The position numbers and the translations under genes are program-made. Shown piece by piece: positions 45,230 through 55,289 of a DNA stretch of 64,000 nucleotides. The stretch is from Prevotella sp. Its GTDB lineage: Bacteria > Bacteroidota > Bacteroidia > Bacteroidales > Dysgonomonadaceae. The notes under the pieces are model-generated. The model did no database searches. It was not told the origin of the DNA and was given only the letters and a program-made list of their open reading frames with translations. Location of the stretch: the NCBI GenBank assembly GCA_031285625.1, contig JAITVV010000093.1:1-64000 (forward strand), read 5' to 3'. The stretch's first letter is position 1, and the number at the start of each line of letters is the position of its first letter.

Positions 45230-47187
45230 ATCTTTCGAAAAGAAAATATGTCCTGGGAGGAATAGTCTCTGCAATTGTATTAATATATATTGCTCAGCTT
45301 TTTAATTTACAGATTCTGAGTACCGAGTATAAAGATTCTGCGGATGGGAATGCATTTTTTAATAGAACATTATTTCCTGCCAGAGGTATAATCTCTGATC
45401 GGAAAGACCGTATTCTGGTTTATAATCAGCCTACTTACGACATTGTTTACATTCCCCGTGAAGTACAACCTTTTGATACACTTGATTTTTGTAATTCTCT
45501 TCAGATAACAAAGGAGCAATTTGATAAGCGGATACTGGAAATCAAAGACCGTCGTCTTAATCCGGGATATTCGTCATATACAATGCAAACGTTTATGACA
45601 CAGCTTACAATTCAGGAAAGCGGATTACTACAAGAAAAACTTTATAAATTCCCCGGGTTTTTTATTCAGAATAGAGCTCTCCGCCAGTACAATTACCATA
45701 ATGCAGGCTTACTACTAGGCTATGTCGCCGAGGTCAGTAAGGGGCAGATGGAAAATGATAGCTATTATGCCAGAGGCGATTACGGTGGAAAATCGGGAAT
45801 AGAGTCTTCTTATGAAAAATATTTGAGAGGTGAAAAAGGGGTGGAAGTCTTACTGCGTGATGCTCATGGACGTATACAAGGCCGGTATGAACATGGCAAT
45901 CATGATGTCTCTCCTGTTTCGGGTAAGAATCTGACTTTATCTATTGATATCGATTTGCAGGCATATGGAGAACATTTGATGCAAAATAAAGTAGGTAGTA
46001 TTGTGATGATTGAACCATCTACCGGTGAAATATTATGTCTGGTAACATCTCCTACCTATGATCCGTCTATGTTATTATTGGGACGTAATTATATAAAAAA
46101 TTATAAAGAACTGGAAGATAATCCATTAAAGCCATTATATAACAGGGCTATACAAGGCATGTATCCTCCGGGATCTACTTTTAAAACAACTCAAGGGCTG
46201 ATTTTTCTGGAAGAAGGTATAATAACAGAGAATACAATGTACTCTTGTGCAGGAGGATATCCACCATTGGGTGGGCGACCTAAGTGTCATGGACACGGTT
46301 CACCATTGCCTTTGATACCAGCTATTGCAACTTCATGTAACTCATATTTCTGTTATGGATTGAGTGCTATGTTAGGGAACCGGACGAAATATGGAAGTAC
46401 AGTTGAAGCATTTGATGTATGGAAAGATCATATGGTGGACATGGGCTTTGGATATCCGCTTGGCGTTGATTTACCTTCGGAAAAGCGAGGATTCATACCT
46501 AACAGTAAATTTTATAGCAGGGCTTTTAAACGGGAAAATTGGAGCGCCTCTAATATAATATCAATTGCAATCGGACAAGGTGAGATTACAGCAACTCCTT
46601 TACAGGTTGCAAATCTTGCAGCTACAATTGCTAACAGAGGTTCTTATTTTACTCCTCATATTGTTCGTGAAATACAAGATACACCACTTGACAGTATTTA
46701 TACCCATCCACATTCAACAGGTATCAAGCGGGAACATTATGAGTCTATCGTTGAAGGTATGGCGCGTGCTGTAACCGGAGGTACTTGTAGGGGAGCTAAT
46801 TTATTGCCCGAAATAGAAGTCTGTGGAAAAACCGGTACTTCAGAAAATCCTCATGGGAAAGACCACTCCATTTTTATGGGATTTGCTCCGAAGGATAATC
46901 CTAAAGTTGCTATTTTTGTTATTGTAGAGAATGCAGGATTTGGCGCCACATTCGGTGTGCCCATCGGACGTTTAATGCTTCAGAAGTATTTGCAAGGTGA
47001 AATACCTGCCAGAGATAAATATATAGAGGATCGTATTGTTAATACAACAATATTGCCTCAGACATTCATTAATTGGAACCGGAATAACAAGGGTTCAAAT
47101 GAATTTTATCAGCCTGCAGTACAGCCGGTTGATGCTTCAGAAAATACTTTAATAAGTCCATTCACCCCAGACAGTGAGGATAATTAA
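45211..47187 (+). CDS. mrdA: Penicillin-binding protein 2
   Basis: PARG.I.DR, YPPGSTFK (SxxK), SCN, GKTGT. Confidence 0.95.
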   Translation: MAKDSVDLSKRKYVLGGIVSAIVLIYIAQLFNLQILSTEYKDSADGNAFFNRTLFPARGIISDRKDRILVYNQPTYDIVYIPREVQPFDTLDFCNSLQITKEQFDKRILEIKDRRLNPGYSSYTMQTFMTQLTIQESGLLQEKLYKFPGFFIQNRALRQYNYHNAGLLLGYVAEVSKGQMENDSYYARGDYGGKSGIESSYEKYLRGEKGVEVLLRDAHGRIQGRYEHGNHDVSPVSGKNLTLSIDIDLQAYGEHLMQNKVGSIVMIEPSTGEILCLVTSPTYDPSMLLLGRNYIKNYKELEDNPLKPLYNRAIQGMYPPGSTFKTTQGLIFLEEGIITENTMYSCAGGYPPLGGRPKCHGHGSPLPLIPAIATSCNSYFCYGLSAMLGNRTKYGSTVEAFDVWKDHMVDMGFGYPLGVDLPSEKRGFIPNSKFYSRAFKRENWSASNIISIAIGQGEITATPLQVANLAATIANRGSYFTPHIVREIQDTPLDSIYTHPHSTGIKREHYESIVEGMARAVTGGTCRGANLLPEIEVCGKTGTSENPHGKDHSIFMGFAPKDNPKVAIFVIVENAGFGATFGVPIGRLMLQKYLQGEIPARDKYIEDRIVNTTILPQTFINWNRNNKGSNEFYQPAVQPVDASENTLISPFTPDSEDN

Positions 47188-47216
47188 AGATTATTATCTA
47201 ATAATAGAGGAAACAG

Positions 47217-47277
47217 AAAAGTAACATATGATGAAAAGTCGAAACAGGTTTTAGAACTGTTACTTTTGTTACCTTTT
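47217..47277 (-). repeat. Dispersed GTRACA three-box element, copy 2
   Basis: Minus strand AAAAGGTAACAAAAGTAACA-N31-TGTTACTTTT. Confidence 0.7.
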
Positions 47278-47309
47278 AGATAATAGTAGTAAATTATAAG
47301 TAGTAAGTA

Positions 47310-47358
47310 AAAAGTAACAATAAAAACAAGCTGAAAGGTGTTACTTTTGTCACTTTTT
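47310..47358 (-). repeat. Dispersed GTRACA three-box element, copy 3
   Basis: Minus strand AAAAAGTGACAAAAGTAACA-N19-TGTTACTTTT. Confidence 0.75.
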
Positions 47359-47371
47359 CTAAACAAGATAA

Positions 47372-48829
47372 ATGTATCAGAGAGAAGAAGAACATATAAA
47401 GAGTAGTGTAGACTGGTTTACAATTATATTGTATATCATCATGGTATTTTTCGGATGGTTTAGTATCTATGGTGCCAGTTATAACTACGAGCATGCTACC
47501 AGTATGTTCGACCTCTCCGGGCGGGCTGGTATGCAGTTGGTATGGATTGGTACATCTTTAGTTTTGGGCTTCATTATCTTAAAGTTAGATAGTAATTTAT
47601 ACGATATTCTGGCCTATTATATATATGCGGCATTCATGTTGCTTCTTTTATTGACAGTCATTATAGCACCGGATATAAAAGGTTCGCGATCGTGGCTCGT
47701 AATAACAGATACGATACGATTACAGCCAGCTGAGTTTGCTAAATTTGCCGTAGCATTGGCACTGGCAAGATTCCTTAATAGCTATAACTTTAAGTTACTT
47801 ACAGCAAAGAACTTACTTATAATTGCGGGTATAATAATCTTACCCATGTTGCTTATCCTATTGCAGAAAGAAACAGGATCGGCACTGGTATATACCGTTT
47901 TTATCCTGATGCTGTATAGAGAAGGCTTGCCTGGAGTTGTTTTATTCCTGGGACTTTCGGCCATTGTCTTTTTTGTAGTAGGGCTCAAATATTCTGAAAC
48001 AGATATAGGATTTATATCCACAGGGGAGTTTATGACTATAATAATGGTAATTATTATATCTGCGGCATTGCTCCTTAGTTACAGGCAAGATAAAGTTGCT
48101 GCGCGGAATATTATATTAGGGGCTCTTGTTTTATTTGGTATTCCTTATCTTATTTCATTATTAGATGTTAATATCGATTTTGGAATAATAGCTTTTGTAT
48201 CAATTGGGATTTTAGTGATTTATCTCTTATTTTTAGCTAGAAAATATTGGTCGAAAGTTTATCTCTTAACAGCTGCATTTGCAATAGGTAGTGTCCTGTT
48301 TGTGAGCTCAATAGATTACTTATTTAATGATGTTATGCAGCCTCACCAGCAAATGCGTATAAAGGTGACATTAGGTATGGAGGATGATCTGATGGGTGCA
48401 GGATATAATGTAAATCAATCGAAGATAGCGATCGGGTCGGGGGGACTGCTTGGCAAAGGATATCTGAATGGTACACAAACCAAATTGAAATATGTACCGG
48501 AACAAGATACAGACTTCATATTTTGTACAGTGGGAGAAGAGCAAGGGTTTGCAGGATCGGTTCTGGTCTTGATATTATTCTCAGCTCTTATTTTACGGTT
48601 GTTCTTTCTGTCCGAACGGCAGAAAAGCACATTTGGACGTGTGTATGGTTATTGTGTGGCATGTATATTCTTTTTCCATCTGGCTATAAATGTAGGAATG
48701 GTAATTGGGTTGACACCGGTCATTGGTATTCCTCTACCTTTCTTTAGTTATGGAGGTTCTTCTCTGTGGGGATTTACTATTCTGTTATTTATATTCTTGC
48801 GTATCGATATGGCAAGAAAGCGTAGATAA
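47372..48829 (+). CDS. rodA: SEDS peptidoglycan glycosyltransferase RodA
   Basis: GSRSW, QPAEFAK, QSKIAIGSGG, PEQDTDFIF, GIPLPFFSYGGSS. Confidence 0.95.
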   Translation: MYQREEEHIKSSVDWFTIILYIIMVFFGWFSIYGASYNYEHATSMFDLSGRAGMQLVWIGTSLVLGFIILKLDSNLYDILAYYIYAAFMLLLLLTVIIAPDIKGSRSWLVITDTIRLQPAEFAKFAVALALARFLNSYNFKLLTAKNLLIIAGIIILPMLLILLQKETGSALVYTVFILMLYREGLPGVVLFLGLSAIVFFVVGLKYSETDIGFISTGEFMTIIMVIIISAALLLSYRQDKVAARNIILGALVLFGIPYLISLLDVNIDFGIIAFVSIGILVIYLLFLARKYWSKVYLLTAAFAIGSVLFVSSIDYLFNDVMQPHQQMRIKVTLGMEDDLMGAGYNVNQSKIAIGSGGLLGKGYLNGTQTKLKYVPEQDTDFIFCTVGEEQGFAGSVLVLILFSALILRLFFLSERQKSTFGRVYGYCVACIFFFHLAINVGMVIGLTPVIGIPLPFFSYGGSSLWGFTILLFIFLRIDMARKRR

Positions 48830-48837
48830 TAGACTTT

Positions 48838-49836
48838 CTATAAGCTTAGATATTTCGCAAGTTCTTCAAAACTAGGAACATCTGTAGATACACCGTTCTT
48901 TATTATAGTTATAGTTTGAGGTGAAGATACTATAGAGAATAATGTCTCATTATTATTATCTGAAACAGAAAATCCATGTCTTTCCAGCATGTTTTTGGTC
49001 CAATGATGGTATATGCCTTCTGCATTCAGATATACTTTCTTGTTATTTGCTCTTTTAGGTAGAAAATTACCTGTATATCTGTCAAATACGATATTTTCTC
49101 CTTTAAAGAAGTTATCCATTTTTCCAGAAAGGATTATATCTTCAGTAACTCCATTCACTAAGCCATTGTTTCGGGATAAGAGCCATAAACGATCGGCTAG
49201 GAGTAAGGCCATATCGATGTCATGTGTCGATAATAATATTGTTTTGGACTGATCCATAGCTAGATGATGGAGTAAGTTCATTATCTCTATTCTACTTTCT
49301 ATATCAAGAAATGCTGTAGGTTCATCCAGTAATACTATCGGGCATTCTTGTGCTAAAACTTTGGCTATCATTACTTTCTGTCGCTCTCCATCCGATAGTT
49401 CAGCCATGTAAGAATTAGCCTTATAAGCAATACCAACATCTTCCATTGCCCTATGTACAATGTCTTTATCATTTGCAGTCAATTGGCCGAAAAATCCAGT
49501 ATATGGATAGCGTCCGAGCTCAACTAATTCTCTGACCAGAAGCCCTCCTGTCGATGTTTTATCTGTTAGTACGAGCCCAAGTTGTTGTGATAGTTCTTTT
49601 TCTGATAGAGTTGAAATATCTTTGTTATAAAGGTATATTTCTCCATTTAATGCTGGTTGTGAGGCGCTTACTGTTCGTAATAAAGTTGATTTTCCGGCAC
49701 CATTTGCACCTAACAGGCAAACTAACTCTCCTTTATATAACTCAAACGAAAGGTTATTGTATAGTATATCCCTATCTCTATGTTTTGATTTTAAGTAACC
49801 AATACTGATATTCTGAGCTTTAATTACTGTATCCAT
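48838..49836 (-). CDS. Iron-chelate/cobalamin ABC transporter ATP-binding protein
   Basis: GANGAGKST, LSDGERQK, LLDEPT, STHD. Confidence 0.88.
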   Translation of the reverse strand: MDTVIKAQNISIGYLKSKHRDRDILYNNLSFELYKGELVCLLGANGAGKSTLLRTVSASQPALNGEIYLYNKDISTLSEKELSQQLGLVLTDKTSTGGLLVRELVELGRYPYTGFFGQLTANDKDIVHRAMEDVGIAYKANSYMAELSDGERQKVMIAKVLAQECPIVLLDEPTAFLDIESRIEIMNLLHHLAMDQSKTILLSTHDIDMALLLADRLWLLSRNNGLVNGVTEDIILSGKMDNFFKGENIVFDRYTGNFLPKRANNKKVYLNAEGIYHHWTKNMLERHGFSVSDNNNETLFSIVSSPQTITIIKNGVSTDVPSFEELAKYLSL

Positions 49837-50873
49837 TAGTGGAAATATTGTATTTTCTTCTGATTAAGAATCACATATATAATAACAGGCGCTCCGAATA
49901 TTGGTGTTACTGCATTTAATGGTAATACACCATTTGCTCCAGGGAGAACACAAATCAGATTACAGAGTAATGCCATTGCCGAGCCAACTAATATAGTAAC
50001 TGGCAGTAACGACTTATGATTAGATGTTCCAAGTAATAATCTGGCAATATGCGGAACAGCTAATCCTATAAATGCTATAGGCCCACAAAAAGCACAGGTA
50101 ATCGCAGTTATTAAGCCAGCACATAAGAGCAGTAAGAAACGGATCAGTTTTATATTTACACCTAAGTTTGAAGCATACCTTTCTCCTAATAGCAAAGCAT
50201 TCAGAGGTTTAATGAGAAGTATGGATAAAAGTAAACCAATACTAACTACTATACAATAAAAAGGTAATTGTTCTCTTGATACCCCAGAAAAATCACCCAT
50301 TCCCCATATCATAAATGAATATGCATCTTCGCTTGTACTCCAAAATTTGAGTATGGAAATAATTGAAGATGTTAAATAGCCTACCATTATACCGATAATT
50401 AGTAGCATTACATTGTTTCTGATAACAGATGCAAATCCCATAATGATAACGAGAATTATGGCTGCACCTACAAATGCTCCTAATACAATGCTCATAGAAT
50501 AAGAAAAGTCAAATCCACCAACTGATCCAATACTATTCCCTATTAATAATATCACTAGTGCAACTCCCAGATTTGCTCCGGAGCTTATACCTAATATGCC
50601 GGCATCTGCTAAGGGATTACGAAAGGCTGTTTGTAATAAAAGTCCGGATACGGCGATTGCTCCACCCGAAAATAATGCTGTTATGGCTTGAGGCAAGCGC
50701 GATTCGAGTATAATATATGTCCAAGCTTGTTTCTCAACCTCATTTCCTTGCAATATTTGAAAGATAGCTTGCACTGGGATTGATACAGAGCCTAGAAATA
50801 GGTTTATCACAAATAGGATAACTATGCTAATGATGAATAGTAAACTATATGTCAGACCTTTTGACATCTTCAA
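49836..50873 (-). CDS. FecCD/BtuC family ABC permease
   Basis: RLPQ, SGLLLQTAFRNPLA, LGISSGA, GPIAFIGLAVPH. Confidence 0.9.
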   Translation of the reverse strand: MKMSKGLTYSLLFIISIVILFVINLFLGSVSIPVQAIFQILQGNEVEKQAWTYIILESRLPQAITALFSGGAIAVSGLLLQTAFRNPLADAGILGISSGANLGVALVILLIGNSIGSVGGFDFSYSMSIVLGAFVGAAIILVIIMGFASVIRNNVMLLIIGIMVGYLTSSIISILKFWSTSEDAYSFMIWGMGDFSGVSREQLPFYCIVVSIGLLLSILLIKPLNALLLGERYASNLGVNIKLIRFLLLLCAGLITAITCAFCGPIAFIGLAVPHIARLLLGTSNHKSLLPVTILVGSAMALLCNLICVLPGANGVLPLNAVTPIFGAPVIIYVILNQKKIQYFH

Positions 50874-50887
50874 ATTCTTCGGTTTTA

Positions 50888-50917
50888 TAAAAAGCCCCTC
50901 TTATACAAGAAGGGCTG
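50888..50917 (-). terminator. Hairpin/terminator after the dipeptidase
   Basis: AGCCC..GGGCT with an A-tract on the plus strand. Confidence 0.5.
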
Positions 50918-50926
50918 ATATATTTC

Positions 50927-52550
50927 TTAGTATAATACTTTGTATTTATCTCCGGTTTCTTTTACCACACGTTGATAGAAATCTGCCGGGTATCCTACAC
51001 GTTGTGGTGAAGAAGATTTACCATGCTCATTGCGGATAAATTCTCCGTCTTTCTCTTTACGAACTATGCCATCCATATATTTGATAACAAGAAATTCACC
51101 TAGTTTCTTCCACTTATCAAAAGCATACTGAGCTTGGGTACCACTATATTTTGTCAGGAATTGTACAGCCTGCTCAGGAGATTTATTATATAACTCTAAA
51201 GCCTCTTTCTCAGTATTATCTTGTTCTGCAAAGAATTTACCTTCAAGTTCTTTTTGCACTTTTTCCAGATCAGGATGCATGTATTCATACTTGTTATACA
51301 CCATATTCGAGACCCAGTTTTGAATCCAGAAACTGGAAGTCCAAGAGAATGTATACAAGTCACCATTACCTTCACGATAGCATTCAGGAACTTCAGTTAT
51401 AGAGCAATACATTGGTGTAAATACGGTCTGATCAGCATCATCAGTACCAAACCATAAAACTCCTCCAATAGGATTAGGTAACCATGAACGCATCTGAGCT
51501 GTAAATACAAAACCTAGCAATAGGACGTTCATTACAGTATTCTTCAGAATCTGACTTCCATGTCAATGGTGCCCAGCGATATGGAGACTTGAATGGTCCG
51601 GCGCCTACATCATTTGTCCAATCTAGGGCAGTGCCTTCATAGTGATCACGCATCATTTCCTGTATATCCGCAAGAGACAATTTCCTGTCGGGCTTTATAT
51701 ATAGTGGCATTGATTCTTGCGTTTTGCCTTGTGCATATGTTACATATTTAGCCATATCTTTATTGTAGCGATTAAAGAAGCTCCATACACGTGCTTCACA
51801 GAAACGTTGTCCTCCAAAATCTAACGGATTATATGCTTTGGCAAAGCTAAAATCTTTATCGCTACCAGAATAATAACCTTTTTCTTTAGCAAATGAAATT
51901 ACATCTTTTGAGTAGATACAATTTTCAGGATCATTTAGTGGAAATTGCTGTATTCTGGCCTGATTGGCATGAGCTGATATACAGTCATCAGGAATGCGTA
52001 CAGCTACCCATACAGCTCCTTTATTTCCCTTTCCTTTACCAATCATTTCCAATACCCATATTTCGTTTGGATCGCCAATCGAAAATGATTCTCCGCCACT
52101 ATAATAACCATATTCTGTAACCAGGTCAGTCATAATCTTTATAGCTTCTCTAGCCGTTCTGGCTCTCTGTAGTGTTATATAAATAAGACTGCCATAGTCT
52201 ATGATTCCATTTGGATCAGCTAACTCTTCACGACCTCCAAAAGTTGTTTCTCCTATTGTAAGCTGAAATTCATTCATGTTACCAACTACATTATATGTTT
52301 GGCTAACTTGAGCTATTTCTCCTAAATATTTTCCTGAATCCCATTCATGTACTTTTAGCATTTCTCCGTTAGCATATTTTTTGGCAGGCCAATGGTACAG
52401 TTCCCCAAATAAGGCATAAGAGTCTGCCGAATATGTTATCATCGTAGATCCGTCGACAGACGCATATTTACCGACTAATAGGTTTGTGCACGCAAATATG
52501 TGAATCTCGCAGACTAAACAAAATAACATCAAAAGTGATAATTTCCTCAT
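50927..52550 (-). pseudogene. C69 family dipeptidase, frameshifted at about 51515
   Basis: Signal peptide then ACT (N-terminal nucleophile Cys), GNMNE.QL.IGETTFGG, HANQARI; frame breaks in NERPIA|GFVFTAQMR; likely start at 52550 (MRKL) behind a TATCTTTA box. Confidence 0.8.
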
Positions 52551-52620
52551 AGTTAAAATTTTTGTTATGGTGTAAAGATACTTCAATTAATTTATTTATA
52601 GAGTTAATCAATAATCGAAA

Positions 52621-53127
52621 ATACAAATATTCTTACCATTACAAAAGTGATTTACATTTGTGTATTATACAGTCATCATGATTAACTTTACGAAATGTAC
52701 AAATGTTTATTCAGACATATTTAATAGTAATAAACAAAAGTATACATATAGAAATCTAATAAAGTATAAATGTATATTTACACATGTGAATCAAATATAT
52801 CATAACTTAAATATCATTTAAATATAATAAAATCAGACAATTATATAATTAATATAAAGTTTTAATTTAAATTTTAACCTTGAAGACAATACTTCTGTTT
52901 GAATCCTGATATAAATGAATCTATTTTAATTATTACTATATTTATTATTAGAATTTTAGATAAAATATATGAAGTAATACTTATAGTTATATTCAATTGT
53001 AAATCTTCCTTTAAAATACATTTGTATTCCGTTTTTCAACTTTTGTAAATTTTTACTATTTACAAAAATAATTTTCATTTGTGAATTCAATTGTTTACAT
53101 TTGTTCTATATTAATATACAAATATGA
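52621..53127. promoter_or_regulatory. AT-rich region with an array of WACA-N2-TGTW palindromes
   Basis: e.g. TTACATTTGTGT 52652, GTACAAATGTTT 52697, TTACACATGTGA 52778, ATACATTTGTAT 53016, TTACATTTGTTC 53095. Confidence 0.6.
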
Positions 53128-53621
53128 AAGATCGAATAAAGCTTATAATGGATAATGAGCACTTGACTCCATCTGCTTTTGCAGATCAATTGCAGTTGGG
53201 AAGAGCCGTTATTTCACATATTTTGAATGGACGTAATAATCCGAGCCTTGATGTTGTATCACGTATATTATCTAAATTGAACTATATCAATTCGGATTGG
53301 CTGCTCACAGGAAATGGAAATATGTATAAAGATGGATATGGAGAAAATAATCAGACGATAACATCTCCATCTCCGATATATCCTGTAAGTCAAAGTCAGC
53401 CTGATTTATTCTCTCAGAATAATATATCTACGCCCCCAAATACAAATGAAATTGAATATCGCAAGGAAAATGTAGTTAAACAGCAGGAATCTATATCTGA
53501 AAATACTATAAATCAAACTATTGTATATCAAAAAGCTCCTGATCGTAAGATAGCCAAAATAATTATTTATTATACTGATAATACATTTGAGACTTTCAAT
53601 GCAGACAATAAGCCTTTATAG
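53124..53621 (+). CDS. XRE-family HTH DNA-binding protein (Bacteroidetes-conserved)
   Basis: FAD.LQLGRAVISHILNGRNNPSL, WLLTGNG, disordered linker, C-terminal KIIIYYTDNTFETF. Confidence 0.88.
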   Translation: MKDRIKLIMDNEHLTPSAFADQLQLGRAVISHILNGRNNPSLDVVSRILSKLNYINSDWLLTGNGNMYKDGYGENNQTITSPSPIYPVSQSQPDLFSQNNISTPPNTNEIEYRKENVVKQQESISENTINQTIVYQKAPDRKIAKIIIYYTDNTFETFNADNKPL

Positions 53622-53742
53622 GGTTAATATTTCCATATCTTATATATTTGACACAAAAAGGTAACAAATATCCGCAATGTTCGATTTTATAGAATATACT
53701 CTATGTGATTGTGCTTTAGCTAAATATAGATATATGGAATAG

Positions 53743-53790
53743 AAAAGGTGACAAAAGTAACACTTATATGATGTTTTTATCTGTAACTTT
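53743..53790 (+). repeat. Dispersed GTRACA three-box element, copy 4
   Basis: AAAAGGTGACAAAAGTAACA-N19-TGTAACTTT; lone box AAAAGGTAACA at 53656. Confidence 0.72.
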
Positions 53791-53840
53791 ATAATTATAT
53801 CAAAGATCTCTACATTAGATAAATTTGTCTCATCTTTATT

Positions 53841-53884
53841 AAAATAAAAACGAAGTACCTCTTAAAAGATACTTCGTTATTTTA
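53841..53884 (-). terminator. Intrinsic terminator after tnaA
   Basis: AACGAAGTA..TACTTCGTT hairpin with A/T tracts. Confidence 0.7.
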
Positions 53885-53912
53885 TTGTAGAATCCGATAT
53901 TTAAGCTTTAGT

Positions 53913-55289
53913 CTATTTTACTCTTTCTAATTCTATCGTAAAATGCCTTAATAATTCGGCTTCCCATTTTATCTTCATTCCTTTGGTGATAGACTCGCGG
54001 CGATCATAGATATTTTTCAAAGCAGCTGCTATTACATTCATGTGATTATTCGTATATACGCGGCGCGGAATCGCCAAACGTAACAGGTCTAGCCCATCAA
54101 AACGGTTTTTTCTGGTTACTGGGTCACGATCAGCCAACAGGTAGCCTATCTCACATCCCCTTATACCTGCTTCTAAATATAATTCAACAGCTAAGGTTTG
54201 AGCAGGAAACTGCTCTTTGGGTACATGAGTCAATACTTTTAGTGCATCTACAAAAATAGCGTGCCCTCCAACTGGCCGCTGGTATGGTATTTCATATTCA
54301 TCTAATTTACTTCCCAGATATTCAACTTGTTTTATACGTGTTTCCAGGTTATCAAACTCTGTATTTTCGTCAAGACCTATCGCTAATGCATTCATATCGC
54401 GGCCATTCATACCTCCATATGTTATATATCCTTCAAATGCAATACCTTTTATTTTTGCAGCATCATACCATTCCTGCAAGTTCGTAGCAAAAAAGCCGCC
54501 CATGTTCACGATAGCATCTTTTTTTGCACTCATTGTCATTGCATCGGCATATGAAAACATTTCGTCGCATATCTCTTTTATAGTCTTATTCTTATATCCT
54601 TTTTCCCTGGTCTTTATGAAATACGCATTTTCTGCAAAACGTGCTGAATCAAAAATCACCTTCTTAGCATATTTATTAGCAATCATACGTGTATCCTGAA
54701 GGTTCTTCATAGATACAGGTTGTCCGCCTGCAGTATTATTTGTGATAGTTATAATGATAAATGGAATCTTATCTCCATATTTCTTTAAGGTATCTTCTAG
54801 TTTTTTTATATCTACATTTCCTTTAAAGGGGATTTCAAGTTGTGTTTCTTTAGCTTCATCGATGGTACAATCCAAAGCGATAGCTTTTCTTGATTCTATA
54901 TGCCCTTTGGTGGTATCAAAATGTGAATTTCCCGGACAAATGTCTCCTTCTTTTACTAAACAGGAAAAAAGTACATTCTCTGCTGCTCTGCCCTGATGAG
55001 TGGGTAATACATACTCAAAACCGGTGATTTGTGTAATTATATCTTTCATCTTATAATATGAAGATGCTCCTGCATAGCTTTCATCTCCAAGCATCATGGC
55101 AGCCCATTGACGGTCGCTCATAGCACCCGTACCCGAATCTGTTATCAGATCGATATATACTTGCTCGGCCTTCAACTTAAACATATTATATGTAGCACTT
55201 TTCAACCATTGCTCGCGTTCGGAGCGTGTACTTTTACGGATAGGCTCTATCATCTTGATTTTCCAGGATTCAGCAAAAGGTAGTTCCAT
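53913..55289 (-). CDS. tnaA: Tryptophanase (beta-eliminating lyase)
   Basis: IDLITDSGT, GDESYAG, THQGRAAE, HFDTT, MSAKKD (PLP Lys), RLAIPRRVYT, LRHFT; Bacteroides-type MELPFAESWKIK start. Confidence 0.9.
   Translation of the reverse strand: MELPFAESWKIKMIEPIRKSTRSEREQWLKSATYNMFKLKAEQVYIDLITDSGTGAMSDRQWAAMMLGDESYAGASSYYKMKDIITQITGFEYVLPTHQGRAAENVLFSCLVKEGDICPGNSHFDTTKGHIESRKAIALDCTIDEAKETQLEIPFKGNVDIKKLEDTLKKYGDKIPFIIITITNNTAGGQPVSMKNLQDTRMIANKYAKKVIFDSARFAENAYFIKTREKGYKNKTIKEICDEMFSYADAMTMSAKKDAIVNMGGFFATNLQEWYDAAKIKGIAFEGYITYGGMNGRDMNALAIGLDENTEFDNLETRIKQVEYLGSKLDEYEIPYQRPVGGHAIFVDALKVLTHVPKEQFPAQTLAVELYLEAGIRGCEIGYLLADRDPVTRKNRFDGLDLLRLAIPRRVYTNNHMNVIAAALKNIYDRRESITKGMKIKWEAELLRHFTIELERVK

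Noticed and set aside
47184-47494. Short minus-strand ORFs containing KVTKVT
   Set aside because: Translation by-product of the 9-bp GTRACA repeats, antisense to rodA.
52590-53120. oriC or CRISPR array
   Set aside because: No TTATCCACA DnaA boxes seen; repeats are short, degenerate and irregularly spaced; no cas genes.
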